From contig CM022674.1 of NCBI GenBank assembly GCA_012295275.1, forward strand, positions 14,074,001 to 14,138,000: a DNA stretch of 64,000 bases. The letters are read 5' to 3'. The position numbers and the translations under genes were made by a program. Positions 1-11,984 of this stretch are shown here, in pieces. Source of the DNA: Chrysomallon squamiferum. Taxonomy: Eukaryota; Animalia; Mollusca. The number at the start of each line of letters is the position of its first letter. Position 1 is the first letter of the stretch. The notes below the pieces were generated by a model. The model did not search any database. It saw only the letters and a list, made by a program, of their open reading frames with translations, and was not told the DNA's origin.

Positions 1-217
1 ATACCTCAATTCATTTACTTAGTTATTAACGTGTGTGTTTACGTTGCCAGTGGCACCATCTAGAGGGTGTTTGTATCACGAAGGGAAGTGACTCGGTAAT
101 GATCTAGGGGGAGGAAGATGGGATAATGACTTTAATGGTGTTTGTAGTTACGTTTATATTTCAACCGAAATAATCAAAACGCGATCGAAACATTTATTAC
201 AGATAATGTAGGTGTAA

Positions 218-219
<2 letters not shown>

Positions 220-302
<83 letters not shown>
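220..302. repeat. (GA)n microsatellite
   Basis: Direct observation. Confidence 0.95.
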
Positions 303-306
<4 letters not shown>

Positions 307-366
307 GCTATATTTATTTATTTATTTATTATTAATAATTTGCTTATTTATTTATTTTTCTTTCAG

Positions 367-556
367 TACACAAGGTGTTTGTAACTGTTATCTGTGTTGG
401 CGGTTTGGTTATGATTTTTAAAGTATTTACGCTGTCGACAAATAAAGGGAAGTACAGACATTTAATCTACAGCATGACTCAAACAGACGAAGCAAGCAAT
501 GCAACGCAAACGGTTTCATCATTTAGTACCAAGACCACACGTGCATTGATCATGAG
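367..556 (+). CDS. CHST15: CHST15-like sulfotransferase, signal-anchor exon (upstream start exon not identified)
   Basis: Acceptor tttttctttcag|367. Encodes HKVFVTVICVGGLVMIFKVF (type II membrane anchor) followed by an S/T-rich stem. Donor AG|gtagtt (phase 2) is frame-compatible with the exon at 2692. Confidence 0.65.
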
Positions 557-757
557 GTAGTTATTGTTAATATTTTATGTTTAAATATTATTATTTAAAT
601 TTAAGTTCAAACACGATTTTATGCTGTTAGTATAGTGGACCCATTCTTTAACTTGAAAATAGAAATTCTATAATAATCAAAAAAAGTTAAGGCGCATTTC
701 ACGCTTAGACATTTTTATTGAAATGCTGGTATAGTCACGTGATTATTAATGATGTAG

Positions 758-2245
758 TCAGAGAAGTCTGACTACTTCTCACATGAAAGTCGACGGATCG
801 ATTCTCATAAAAGCGTCCTCAGTGCCAGTTTTACATCTTACACAGACCTCAAACGTTGTTTTACATCTTACACAGACCTCAAACGTTGTTTTACATCTTA
901 CACAGACCTCAAAGGTTGTTTTACATCTTACACAGAGCTCAAAGGTTGTTTTACATCTTACACAGAGCTCAAACGTTGTTTTACATCTTACACAGACCTC
1001 AAAGGTTGTTTTACATCTTACACAGAGCTCAAACGTTGTTTTACATCTTACACAGACCTCAAAGGTTGTTTTACATCTTACACAGAGCTCAAAGGTTGTT
1101 TTACATCTTACACAGACCTCAAAGGTTGTTTTACATCTTACACAGACCTCAAAGGTTGTTTTACATCTTACACAGAGCTCAAAGGTTGTTTTACATCTTA
1201 CACAGAGCTCAAAGGTTGTTTTACATCTTACACAGAGCTCAAACGTTGTTTTACATCTTACACAGAGCTCAAACGTTGTTTTACATCTTACACAGACCTC
1301 AAAGGTTGTTTTACATCTTACACAGACATCAAAGGTTGTTTTACATCTTACACAGAGCTCAAAGGTTGTTTTACATCTTACACAGAGCTCAAACGTTGTT
1401 TTACATCTTACACAGACCTCAAAGGTTGTTTTACATCTTACACAGAGCTCAAAGGTTGTTTTACATCTTACACAGACCTCAAAGGTTGTTTTACATCTTA
1501 CACAGAGCTCAAAGGTTGTTTTACATCTTACACAGAGCTCAAAGGTTGTTTTACATCTTACACAGAGCTCAAAGGTTGTTTTACATCTTACACAGACCTC
1601 AAAGGTTGTTTTACATCTTACACAGAGCTCAAACGTTGTTTTACATCTTACACAGACCTCAAAGGTTGTTTTACATCTTACACAGAGCTCAAAGGTTGTT
1701 TTACATCTTACACAGAGCTCAAAGGTTGTTTTACATCTTACACAGAGCTCAAAGGTTGTTTTACATCTTACACAGACCTCAAAGGTTGTTTTACATCTTA
1801 CACAGAGCTCAAACGTTGTTTTACATCTTACACAGAGCTCAAACGTTGTTTTACATCTTACACAGACCTCAAAGGTTGTTTTACATCTTACACAGAGCTC
1901 AAAGGTTGTTTTACATCTTACACAGAGCTCAAAGGTTGTTTTACATCTTACACAGAGCTCAAAGGTTGTTTTACATCTTACACAGACCTCAAAGGTTGTT
2001 TTACATCTTACACAGAGCTCAAAGGTTGTTTTACATCTTACACAGAGCTCAAAGGTTGTTTTACATCTTACACAGAGCTCAAAGGTTGTTTTACATCTTA
2101 CACAGACCTCAAAGGTTGTTTTACATCTTACACAGACCTCAAAGGTTGTTTTACATCTTACACAGAGCTCAAACGTTGTTTTACATCTTACACAGACCTC
2201 AAAGGTTGTTTTACTGCAAATCATTACACTACTGTCTATGAGAAG
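758..2245 (+). CDS. Possible tandem-repeat stem exon of the CHST15-like gene (1488 nt, phase 2/2)
   Basis: Open frame from gatgtag|758 to AGAAG|gtgtag 2245, in phase with both flanking exons. Unique S/T-rich lead-in, then 46 x VVLHLTQ[T/S]S[K/N]. Both splice sites are weak. Confidence 0.4.
828..2213. repeat. 30-bp minisatellite, 46 copies plus a partial copy (GTTTTACATCTTACACAGA[C/G]CTCAAA[C/G]GTT)
   Basis: Exact 30-bp period visible. Essentially only two variable positions. Confidence 0.98.
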
Positions 2246-2400
2246 GTGTAGATAAAATATCCCTTACTGCTAGTTCAAAAGGAGTAGCCCATGATATAGC
2301 GGGTTTCCTCTCTTTGTATGTGTAAAATCGTTAACCACTGAAACGTAGTAAAATAAATTGTCTGCAGTTTCACTATGCAATTTACACGTGCTTTGCTTAG

Positions 2401-2440
<40 letters not shown>

Positions 2441-2691
2441 GCACACACATTAAAAAGAGATGACGAATGATGATGATGTCGATCATAAATAAATAAATTC
2501 TACAAGAACCAGAACTAAAAATAAAATGACAAGAACAGCATTAACCAAACAGTAACTGTGGTGATGGCGATGTTAATAACAACAACAACAACAACATTTT
2601 TTTTTTTTTTTTGACAATATTATTGTTCAAACTACCATAATGACATTGTTATTTTTCTGTTTTGGTTCATTACCCATTCTAATTTGTCAAG

Positions 2692-2842
2692 AACGACAAC
2701 CACTGCTTCAGTGAAGGTGACAACAAACACAGTAGTCAAACCTGAGATAAAATCAAAACGAGGCGAGACTGTGTATCTTGCCTGTGGTGAGAGGAGCTAT
2801 AAAGGTATCATACCCAGAAAAGAGTACGACGTGACGTACGAG
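2692..2842 (+). CDS. CHST15: CHST15-like sulfotransferase stem exon
   Basis: Acceptor ttctaatttgtcaag|. Encodes TTTTASVKVTTNTVVKPEIK...YDVTYE. Donor GAG|gtaaga (phase 0) joins the next exon in frame. Confidence 0.75.
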
Positions 2843-2914
2843 GTAAGACTAGAATTAATGAGCCAATCATTTCAAGTGTCAGGGTACGTCTACCATGGAC
2901 ATACAGTATAGTAG

Positions 2915-3325
2915 TATGTTAGTAATAGAAAAGGGAATGTTAGTTTGTTAGTAATAGAAAAGGGAATGTTAATTTGTTAGAAATAGAAAAGATAGCATGT
3001 TAGTAAAAGAAAAAAGAATGTTGGACCGTTATTAATAGAAAAGTGTGTTAGTAATGAAAAAAAGATAATGTTAGAATGTTAGTAATAGTAAAGAGTGTGT
3101 TAGTATGTTAGTAATATAAAAGATAATGTTAGTTTGTTAGTAACAGAAAAGAATGCTAGTATGTAAATAATAGAAAATATAGAGTTTGCGTTTTATTGAT
3201 ACAAAAAAGAATGTTGGAATGTTAGCAGTTGAAAAGTGCGTTAATAATAAAAAAGGAGTGTTAGTAATAGTAAAGAGTGTTATTATGTTAGTAAAAGAAA
3301 AGTTTGTATTATGTAACAGAAAATA
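2915..3325. repeat. Degenerate intronic tandem repeat (TGTTAGTAATAGAAAAG core)
   Basis: Core motif recurs many times with irregular spacing. Confidence 0.8.
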
Positions 3326-3443
3326 GAGGATATACTGGTCAAATAACTTGATTATTATTTTTTTTTTTATTTGTTGTAGTAGTAGAAGATGTAGCAGTAG
3401 TAGTAGTAGTAGATGTGGCTGTAGTATTAAACCTTCATTTTAG

Positions 3444-3651
3444 GGTCCCTTCGATTTTTTGCCTAAATACCGGAACCCTTGTTGGATGGACCGTAAGTCG
3501 TCCAACGCCATTTTGTGTCTGCCATATTTTTATCTCGCCGGCTTCCCGAAGTGCGGCACCTCGGATCTTTACACGAAAATTTTCTCTCACCCTGACGTCG
3601 TAGCAGGAAGAATGAAGGAAAACTATTGGATGTTCAACAACCGGTTTAATC
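3444..3651 (+). CDS. CHST15: CHST15-like exon with the 5'-PAPS-binding motif
   Basis: cattttag|GPFDFLPKYRNPCW...CLPYFYLAGFPKCGTSDLY...HPDV...KENYW|gttagt. Matches the CHST15 NPCW and LPxFxIxGxPKCGTTDL motifs. Confidence 0.92.
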
Positions 3652-4060
3652 GTTAGTTTCTATTTTTAGTTATCTCAGCACGCACACACACACACACACA
3701 CACGCACTCAAAGATACACATACACACTTACATACATTGATAAAGGATACATTCATACACACACACGCGCGCGCGCGCGAACTCAAAGATACACATACAC
3801 ACTTACATACATTGATAAAGGATACATTCATACATACACACACACAGAAACATACTATATATATACATACATACATACATTATATGTATGTGTATGTATA
3901 TGTATATATGCGTGTGTTGTGTGTACGTGTTTATGTATATATATATATATATGTATGTATATGTATGTGTGTTTATCTGTGTATATGAATATGTTTTTGT
4001 ACTACAATTGTTTTGTCATAAAATACATTCACTATAATATTAATATACATTCAAACTTTA

Positions 4061-4094
<34 letters not shown>

Positions 4095-4099
4095 TGTAG

Positions 4100-4207
4100 A
4101 TCCTGTTACAGAATCTTCAGTAAGATACTATGCATCATACTACTTTGGAAACGCGACTCAAGAAATTGTTAACAAAACCAGAAACGGCGTGCATAATAAA
4201 ATAACAG
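4100..4207 (+). CDS. CHST15: CHST15-like exon
   Basis: aattgtag|(H)PVTESSVRYYASYYFGNATQEI...NKIT(G)|gtaaga, phase 1/1. An alternative in-frame acceptor lies 12 nt downstream. Confidence 0.85.
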
Positions 4208-4587
4208 GTAAGACGTATTAGATTAAAACTACAACATCAACAACAACAGCATTAATACAGCACATGCTACTACTACTACTGCTGATAATGTGGCTGCTGC
4301 TGCTGCTACTACTAATTTTGCCCATAGAGATATTGGACCATTATCATCATCATTATTGTTATTGTTGGTCGGTTTGGGTTTTTTTTTTTCCCAGAGCGAT
4401 TTCTGATTATTTTTCTTTTCTCGCCTGTCATTTTACTTTATTTAATTATATAACTACATGCATTACTACTACTACTGCTACTACTATTATTATTATTATT
4501 ATTGTTGATGTTGTTGTTGTTGTTGTTGTTGACGATGATGATGATAGTGATGATGGGAAACCAGTAGTTAACTAACAGTATATTCAG

Positions 4588-4744
4588 GGGACGGAACTCC
4601 ATCCACTCTGTGGCAGCTTCCTCACTGGCGACTGGTTCCGGGCAATGAAGACTGCTCAGAGCCGCGGGTGACAACCGCGCAGTACATCAAACACCTCAAC
4701 CCCGCCTCCAAGTTCATCGTCCTGCTCCGAGACCCGACAGACAG
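4588..4744 (+). CDS. CHST15: CHST15-like exon with the 3'-PAPS-binding motif
   Basis: tattcag|GDGTPSTLW...NEDCSEPRVTTAQYIKHLNPASKFIVLLRDPTDR|gtaaca. The KxIVxLRDPxxR sulfotransferase motif is present. Confidence 0.92.
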
Positions 4745-4819
4745 GTAACATACACTCACACACCTTCAGTTTCATGCGCACAAACACATCTATTTATCTA
4801 CATAGATACAGATATAGAC

Positions 4820-4882
<63 letters not shown>

Positions 4883-5408
4883 TATAGAATTATGAGCACA
4901 TATTTACTGTGTAACGTACATAGAAAACGTATACAATTGCATACACGTGTATAATATAAACTTATGTTCACACAGGCATTCACGCGTAGCTTTTATACAT
5001 ATTCACAAACAGGCGCACGCGCACGTTAACATACACGAACACGCACCCACACACTCTCTCTTAGCTTTTCTTTTCTTTCTTGTTTTTTCTCCCTGTAATT
5101 TTTTAAAGCTTTTCGATTTCTGTCTTTTTATTTCTTTTATCTGTTTTGGCTCTTTCCCTTTTCATTTTCTAATTTTCCCAGGAAACAGTGGAATAGAAAG
5201 ATATATGGAAAGAACAAAACGATAGAAAAATTAATTAAAGCTGTTCGTTCTATATATATATATATAGTTAGTTAGTTATTTACTTGTTTGTTTGCTTGTT
5301 TGTTGTTTCGGTCATTCCATTTGTTTTTTCTTTGTGTTTTTGTTTATTTATTTATTTATTTATTTATTCGTCTGTCTGTCAGTCTGTTTATAATTAATTA
5401 TTTTTCAG

Positions 5409-5565
5409 ACTGATTTCTGACTACTTTTATTTTCCTCATCCGTCGTCTCTGAAATTTTTGGAGAAACAAATAAAGGATATTGTGAGTACATACGACAACT
5501 GTTTCAGAGAACGGTCACTGAGGTCATGTTTCTATGACAACACGCTGTTTGTTCAATCAAAATGG
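5409..5565 (+). CDS. CHST15: CHST15-like exon
   Basis: tttttcag|LISDYFYF...YDNCFRERSLRSCFYDNTLFVQSKW|gtacgt. The SDYxYF and C...SLRxCxY motifs are typical of CHST15. Confidence 0.9.
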
Positions 5566-6293
5566 GTACGTCATCACTACTAATGAATATAAAATGAGTG
5601 ACGTCAGTGGTAATGATTATGGTAATGTAATGATAATGCTAATGCTAATAGTACTGACGATGGTGATGATACTGATGATGGTAATAATGATGGTGATGAT
5701 GATGGTAAAAATGATGGTAATGATAACGGTGATAATGGTGGTAATGATGATGGAAATGATGATCGTGTTTCTGAGTATGATGATTGTTGTGTTGATGATA
5801 ATGAAATTATCATAAGGAGATGGAAATTTGAAGAAAAAACAATTCAATATATCGTGATTTCAGACTATTAACATGCATAGGTTTTGATGTTTTTATTAGA
5901 AAAAAAAAACCTCATAGAACCCATCCTTTGTTAAAAATAAAATATAACAAAAATATGCAGATACACAAATGAACGTCTAGGTCTTATATCTGTTAATATT
6001 AAGGTTTTTCTGTATTGGTATGAATGAATGGTTTAATTAAATATTTTAGCTTTTTAATTTGTGGTTTTGAATGACTAATTACCAATGATAACACAGATAA
6101 AATATTACAGATTCAAAACATTTAAACGCCATCATTTCATCTCTTCACAGCTAATGACGTCATCGCTTCGCCGCCCAATAAATAAATAAATAAATAAATA
6201 AAACTTGGGTTGAATGTATGCAAAATACATGAAAATTATTCCTTAGTAAAAGATCAAAAGTTTATTTTCTTTTCTTTTCATTTATCTCCGCAG

Positions 6294-6441
6294 ATACATT
6301 TGATAACCGGTCTATACTACGTTCCAGTCAGTGATTGGCTGAAAGTGTTTCCAAGACAACAGTTCCTATTCATAGCTTACGAAGATTATGCGAAAGATGT
6401 GAGAAAAGAGCTGGGAAAAGTTTTTCAGTTCCTTGGTTTAG
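6294..6441 (+). CDS. CHST15: CHST15-like exon
   Basis: tctccgcag|IHLITGLYYVPVSDWLKVFPRQQFLFIAYEDY...KVFQFLGL|gttagt. The GLY...DWLxVF and FxFLxL motifs are present. Confidence 0.92.
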
Positions 6442-6455
6442 GTTAGTTCTGAAAT

Positions 6456-6586
<131 letters not shown>

Positions 6587-6724
6587 ATTACGTAGCTATG
6601 ATGTCAGCGTTTCTGTCTTTATTGTTTCAAAATAAATAAATAAACAAAAAATATGTAGATGGAGTTATGTTCCCTCATTTATTTATTTATTTATTTATTT
6701 CTTCTTCTTCTTCTTCATCTATCA

Positions 6725-6777
<53 letters not shown>

Positions 6778-6796
6778 TTATTTACTTTTTTTTTAG

Positions 6797-6969
6797 ATAC
6801 TCTTCCAAATGAAGTCATGAGTAAAATGTCCAGGGTTCCTGCGAGAAACAAAGGAAAGAACAAATTAATTCCAACAAACAAAACAGTTGAGATGATAAAA
6901 TCATTTTACCGCCCATTCAACGAGAAATTAGCAGCTTTACTTTCAGACGACAGATTTCTGTGGTTATAG
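6797..6969 (+). CDS. CHST15: CHST15-like terminal coding exon
   Basis: ttttag|DTLPNEV...FYRPFNEKLAALLSDDRFLWL*. FYxPFNxxLAxxLxDxxFxW is the CHST15/HS3ST-type C-terminus. Confidence 0.93.
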
Positions 6970-7271
6970 AGTCAGTAATTAAACTACAGATGAATATGTA
7001 TTTATTTATTTATTTATTTATTTATATATTTAGTTAGTTAGTTAGTTAGTTAGTTTTAATATATGTGGGAGTGTATACATCAAAATCGTTTTACTGATAG
7101 AGTGAGGAGCTGCGGCTGGAACGTGAAATCAGTGTATTAAAAAATGTCATTGACCTCGTGAATGAAATGAAACACAAATAAGTAAATATTTGTGGCCTAA
7201 CTCCGAGGCTAAGTTGTAAATTATCCTAAAACGGCAACAGTAAATAAATAAGTAAGATATAAAATACAATA

Positions 7272-7342
<71 letters not shown>

Positions 7343-7880
7343 TATATATAGATAACAGATAAGTAACTCATTGCTACTAACGTAACTGAAGTAGCAGCTG
7401 TAAGTATTTTACTGCATTTTCTAGTATACTAATAAATTTTATACGGTTTAGAATCAGACGGCGCGGTCACATTTATGACGTCAGTGACTGAAATGTCATA
7501 TATATATATATATATGCATTTATTTATTTATTTTTTAACTTATTTTTTTTATTATATATATAACAAAATTAAATTAATAATAAATAAATAAATACATTTT
7601 AAAAATTAGTGTGTTTTTTGTTTTTTTTAAGTTTATGTTATCATAATTTGTAAAATAAATTAAATATATTTTATGTATTACTGCACACTTAAGATAAAAA
7701 AAATGTATGTAGAATATTTCCACGAAATGAATTTGTTATATCACAGTATTTTTCTTTTCTTTAAATAAATATCAAAGTATACATATTGGTAGAAACAAAT
7801 AAATAAATTTAATGTGCTTTTATGTAACTGTTTTGTTCTTATTAAAACATATATGAGATAATGCTAACGAAATGTTTTAG

Positions 7881-7952
<72 letters not shown>

Positions 7953-8749
7953 GTTGTTGTTGTTGTTGTTGCTGCTGCTGTTGTTGTTATGGTTGGTGTT
8001 CTTGTTTTGCTATAACATGCCTGCTGTGACGTAATAAACTAAAGACAGACATTTGTATAGTTTGAACTGTTGTTTTACAGGAGAGAACTGTGTGATGAGA
8101 CCCTCGGCTCAGAACGTACAAAATGTCGCTTTGATCACAAAGATCAGGACTGGAACTAACCGCCCTCACGTGGACAGGAATCGTTAAATCTTTTCACTGT
8201 CTAATTGATCCGTCGTCAGTTTGAATCGTGCAGTCAATAAACTCATCCAATAACTTGTGCAGAGATAAGCTGTTGAGAAAAGAACAGGATGAAAGATAAT
8301 GTAAACTGTGTGAAACTGAGTGGAATCAGAGAGAGAAAGAAAGAAGAATAGATAGATAGACAGACTGACAAACAGGTAGATATACAGATATACTGAGAGA
8401 GACAGAGATAAGTAGATAGACAGAGAGAGAGAGAGAAATGTACACATCACTAACAGAGATATAAAATGGAGGATGAATCAAGTAAGAGGAAGACACAGAA
8501 ACTACGCGGCACTCAGCAAGTGAAACAAGCATTTCCAGTTCTAACCTACCTCCATGAATGGGGTTTCTTCTCTTAAATCCAAGAAGTTTAGGCAGGCGAG
8601 AATAAAAGATTTGTTTTAAAAAAATAAAAAATAAAATATGCTTACAATAATAAAGATAAAGATTTAAATAAAAAAATAAAATAAAATGATGATAAAGATA
8701 AAATAAGAATACTATTCTCGACAGATATAAAACAACTGCAAATAATAAA

Positions 8750-8812
<63 letters not shown>

Positions 8813-9415
8813 GTAGATAAATAAATAAATTAGGGGAGGCTATGTTGCCGAGAGTGACTTTCGCTAAATCGGTGTTTAACTTCAAAATTGACCTTCTTTG
8901 GATGGATTATTGAAGGTTAACTGAAATTAAAACTTGATTTGTCATTGATATACCACTCACGTAGGATGAAACTGAACACGTGATCAGTTTTAATCAATTC
9001 CAGGTTTAAAATTCAAATCAACAGCTGGCTTATGGTATATGACGAAAATTACGTAAATTAAATTTGAAAAAAATTCAATAATTTTAACCTAAAATTGTAA
9101 AAGTATTAAATATTATTAACATTTGATTTCTAGAATCCGGATAAAGGGTTCTGAACTCGTATCAATAATTTACGATTCTTGGTTTTCCATTCGTAAAAGT
9201 TTATCGACAACTAAAAGATGCTGTCATCCCAAATCGATCCCCTTAAAATTCGGATCAAACAGAGGGGCGTCGATATGAACCTTACTGACGATTCCAGTGA
9301 TAAAACTCTTGTCTGAGAGACAACAACAACAACAATAATAATAATAATAACAACGACAGTAGTAATAATAATAACAATAATAATAATAATGATGATGATG
9401 ATAATGACAATAACA

Positions 9416-9459
<44 letters not shown>

Positions 9460-10449
9460 GTAAAGAAAATTAATATTAAAAACCAAGAAAGTGGATTAAA
9501 AATTATCAAAGCTGAAAATGGTAAGATAAATGGAGTATATTAACTGTCTATTCTGATATGAAATGCAATGCGTCATGACAGAAATTAATTTATAGTCACA
9601 TGCATGCGCATACGCGGTGGGAGGAACTTGAGGGCGTGTATGCGGCTGGATCTCGATTTGAAATATGTTGCACGTGTATTTGTTTATCTCTCGGAGTATT
9701 TTTATTTACAGCATGTTAATGATATCCTGTTTCGTTATCTTTACGGTAGCTGAAAAAATGAATGTGGGGAAAAAATAGATAAATAATTAAAAACAAATAA
9801 ATCTAATAATAATTAAATAATACTAATACCAATAATAAATAAATAAATGTGAAATAAAAAAAAGAGAAAGAGAAATTATATCCATATAAACAGTTTATAG
9901 CATATATATATATATACACACAGTTTTTTATGTTTTTATTGCTTATGCTATTTAGTAAAAAAAAACAATATAAAACTTAACGAAATATAAATAAAGTTAT
10001 ATTAATCTCGTGAAAATGTCCTGGTACATCGTCTTAAATTTTCTTTTAATTCTTGTTTTATTCTTTATTTTCTTCCGTTAATTAGAAAAACAACAACAAC
10101 GGAAAAAAAAAAAAAAAAAAAAAAAACATTATTATTATTATTATTATTGTTGTTGTTGTTGTTGATGTTGTTTTTGTCACAGATTTTAGTCATTATTATT
10201 TAATTTTTTAACTGATTTATTTATTATTATTCTTTTCTAACTTCAAAAACAAAAAGCGAAATTAAGAAATGTTTATCGATCTACATAGAATCTAATTAAT
10301 TACGTTAATGGACATTTAATAAATTGTGTCTTTGTGTGCGAAGCAGATTTATACAGTATTATTATTTTGATAAATTCCAATCAATAAGGAACTTTAAAAG
10401 AAAAGAGAAAAAGAAGGCGCTGAATTAAGAAAATAAAATATTTCTGTGA

Positions 10450-10755
10450 ACAGGTCAAAGGTGAAAACTGGCTGCTATGCAACGCTGCTGGGGGCAATGA
10501 AGCCACATTTGCGTGTTTCGGTTATCACATCCGCGAAAAGATAATAGTTCCTCATGTTTACATTATCAGTATTAGTTTTATAGAATTCATAAATACATTA
10601 TTTCTACAGTTTGTCTAATATAATGTATATATGAAATAAGAAAATGCATTTATTATAAATAATTAAAAACATATCTTATGGATCGGAAGTGGCGCATCAA
10701 TATTTACAATGACGTCAGATGTGAAAAGGCAACACAAGCACCTGCAAGATGGCCG
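10450..10755 (+). promoter_or_regulatory. FoxJ2/3 proximal promoter motifs
   Basis: DR1 AGGTCAAAGGTGA (10452-10464), X-box-like GCTGCTATGCAAC (10471-10483), ETS CGGAAGT (10684-10690), CRE TGACGTCA (10710-10717), and YY1-type CAAGATGGC overlapping the ATG. CpG is retained here. Confidence 0.6.
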
Positions 10756-11099
10756 AGTTGGAAAGTTCGTTAACTGCCATGGACTGGCTTCACCGACTAA
10801 AAGTGGGTGGGGCAATGGTAGGGACGGGTCTTGGTGGGGCAAATGTGGGACTAGACAGTCTATCCCGGTCACCGAGTGGACAGTTAGCTTTGAGAAAAGC
10901 ACCCAATTCACCGCTGGACATTACAGCCACGTACGAAAGCCAAGGACATCAAAAAGATGGAAAACCACCGTACAGTTACGCTAATTTAATAACGTTTGCA
11001 ATCAACAGTTCTGTGAAGAAGAAAATGACACTGAGTGAGATTTATATGTGGATCTGTGAACATTTTCCTTACTACAAAGAAGCAGGAAATGGATGGAAG
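10749..11099 (+). CDS. FOXJ3: FoxJ2/3 coding exon 1 (N-terminal motif and first half of the forkhead domain)
   Basis: [14 protein letters not shown] (the FoxJ2/3 LESSLTxxDWL motif) and [42 protein letters not shown]|gtaagt. Confidence 0.96.
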
Positions 11100-11737
11100 G
11101 TAAGTGTTTTTCTCAGCACGTTTTATCTTCATCTGTCAAAATCTTGAAAAAGTAAACGCCGTTCACCTGTCAAAATGTAAACGGCGTTCACCTGTCATTT
11201 TCTGTCAGTCACATTGTAATATTAATTAATCACATAATAAATTAATTGCGCTTCACATGATTCACTAATTGGTATAAAAGACTGATAAACGTCGATAAAA
11301 TGCTGAGTCATGTGCATAAACTTGGATTTGAAAATTTATATATGTATTAAGGAGGAATATCAATATATCCTCATAATCCTGATACGGTGGAATTTTAGAT
11401 TACCACTTACAGTACATCTGTATAATTCAATATTTGAAACTAATAAAAATTAACTATTTACATATAGTTCTAAATACAAACATACACAACATGCATATAT
11501 ACAGTACAAATATAATAACAAAAATCAAGCATTTTTTAAATACTGTTGTAAAAAAAAAAAAAGTGGTTAATGTGTGTGACTGTTCAAACAAACGTATATA
11601 TATATACATATGTATAGGTTGATATTACTAGATTTTTCTGGATTCATTTATAATGATGGCACAACAGAATCAGGCCTACTCTTGTAAATTACCAATATAA
11701 CACATACCACAGTTTTTGAAAACATTATTATTAATGT

Positions 11738-11773
<36 letters not shown>

Positions 11774-11802
11774 TATAGATATCTAGATTATTTGTGTCTG
11801 TG

Positions 11803-11836
<34 letters not shown>

Positions 11837-11904
11837 TAAAGAATAAAATAAAAAAACAGCATTAAGTACAACAGCAATGGTGATCAGACTGAAATGTAAA
11901 TTAT

Positions 11905-11944
<40 letters not shown>

Positions 11945-11953
11945 TATATGAGC

Positions 11954-11984
<31 letters not shown>

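Noticed and set aside
1-215. First coding exon of the sulfotransferase
   Set aside because: No ATG-initiated frame ends in a phase-1 donor compatible with the exon at 367. The start probably lies upstream of the window.
828-2213. Regular 30-bp array as a CRISPR array
   Set aside because: The repeats are contiguous with no unique spacers, there are no cas genes, and the context is eukaryotic and intron-containing.
779-2241. Minus-strand Cys-rich ORF (CVRCKTTFE[L/V])n and plus-strand (LFYILHR[A/P]Q[R/T])n ORF
   Set aside because: These are alternative readings of the same repeat. They do not connect in frame to neighbouring exons, and the CxxC pattern is a by-product of the repeat.
8196-9190. 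Micropeptide assembled from minus-strand mini-exons (…KKPHSWSLSLHKLLDEFIDC…)
   Set aside because: Phases and an upstream in-frame stop prevent an ATG-initiated ORF with the splice sites I can see.
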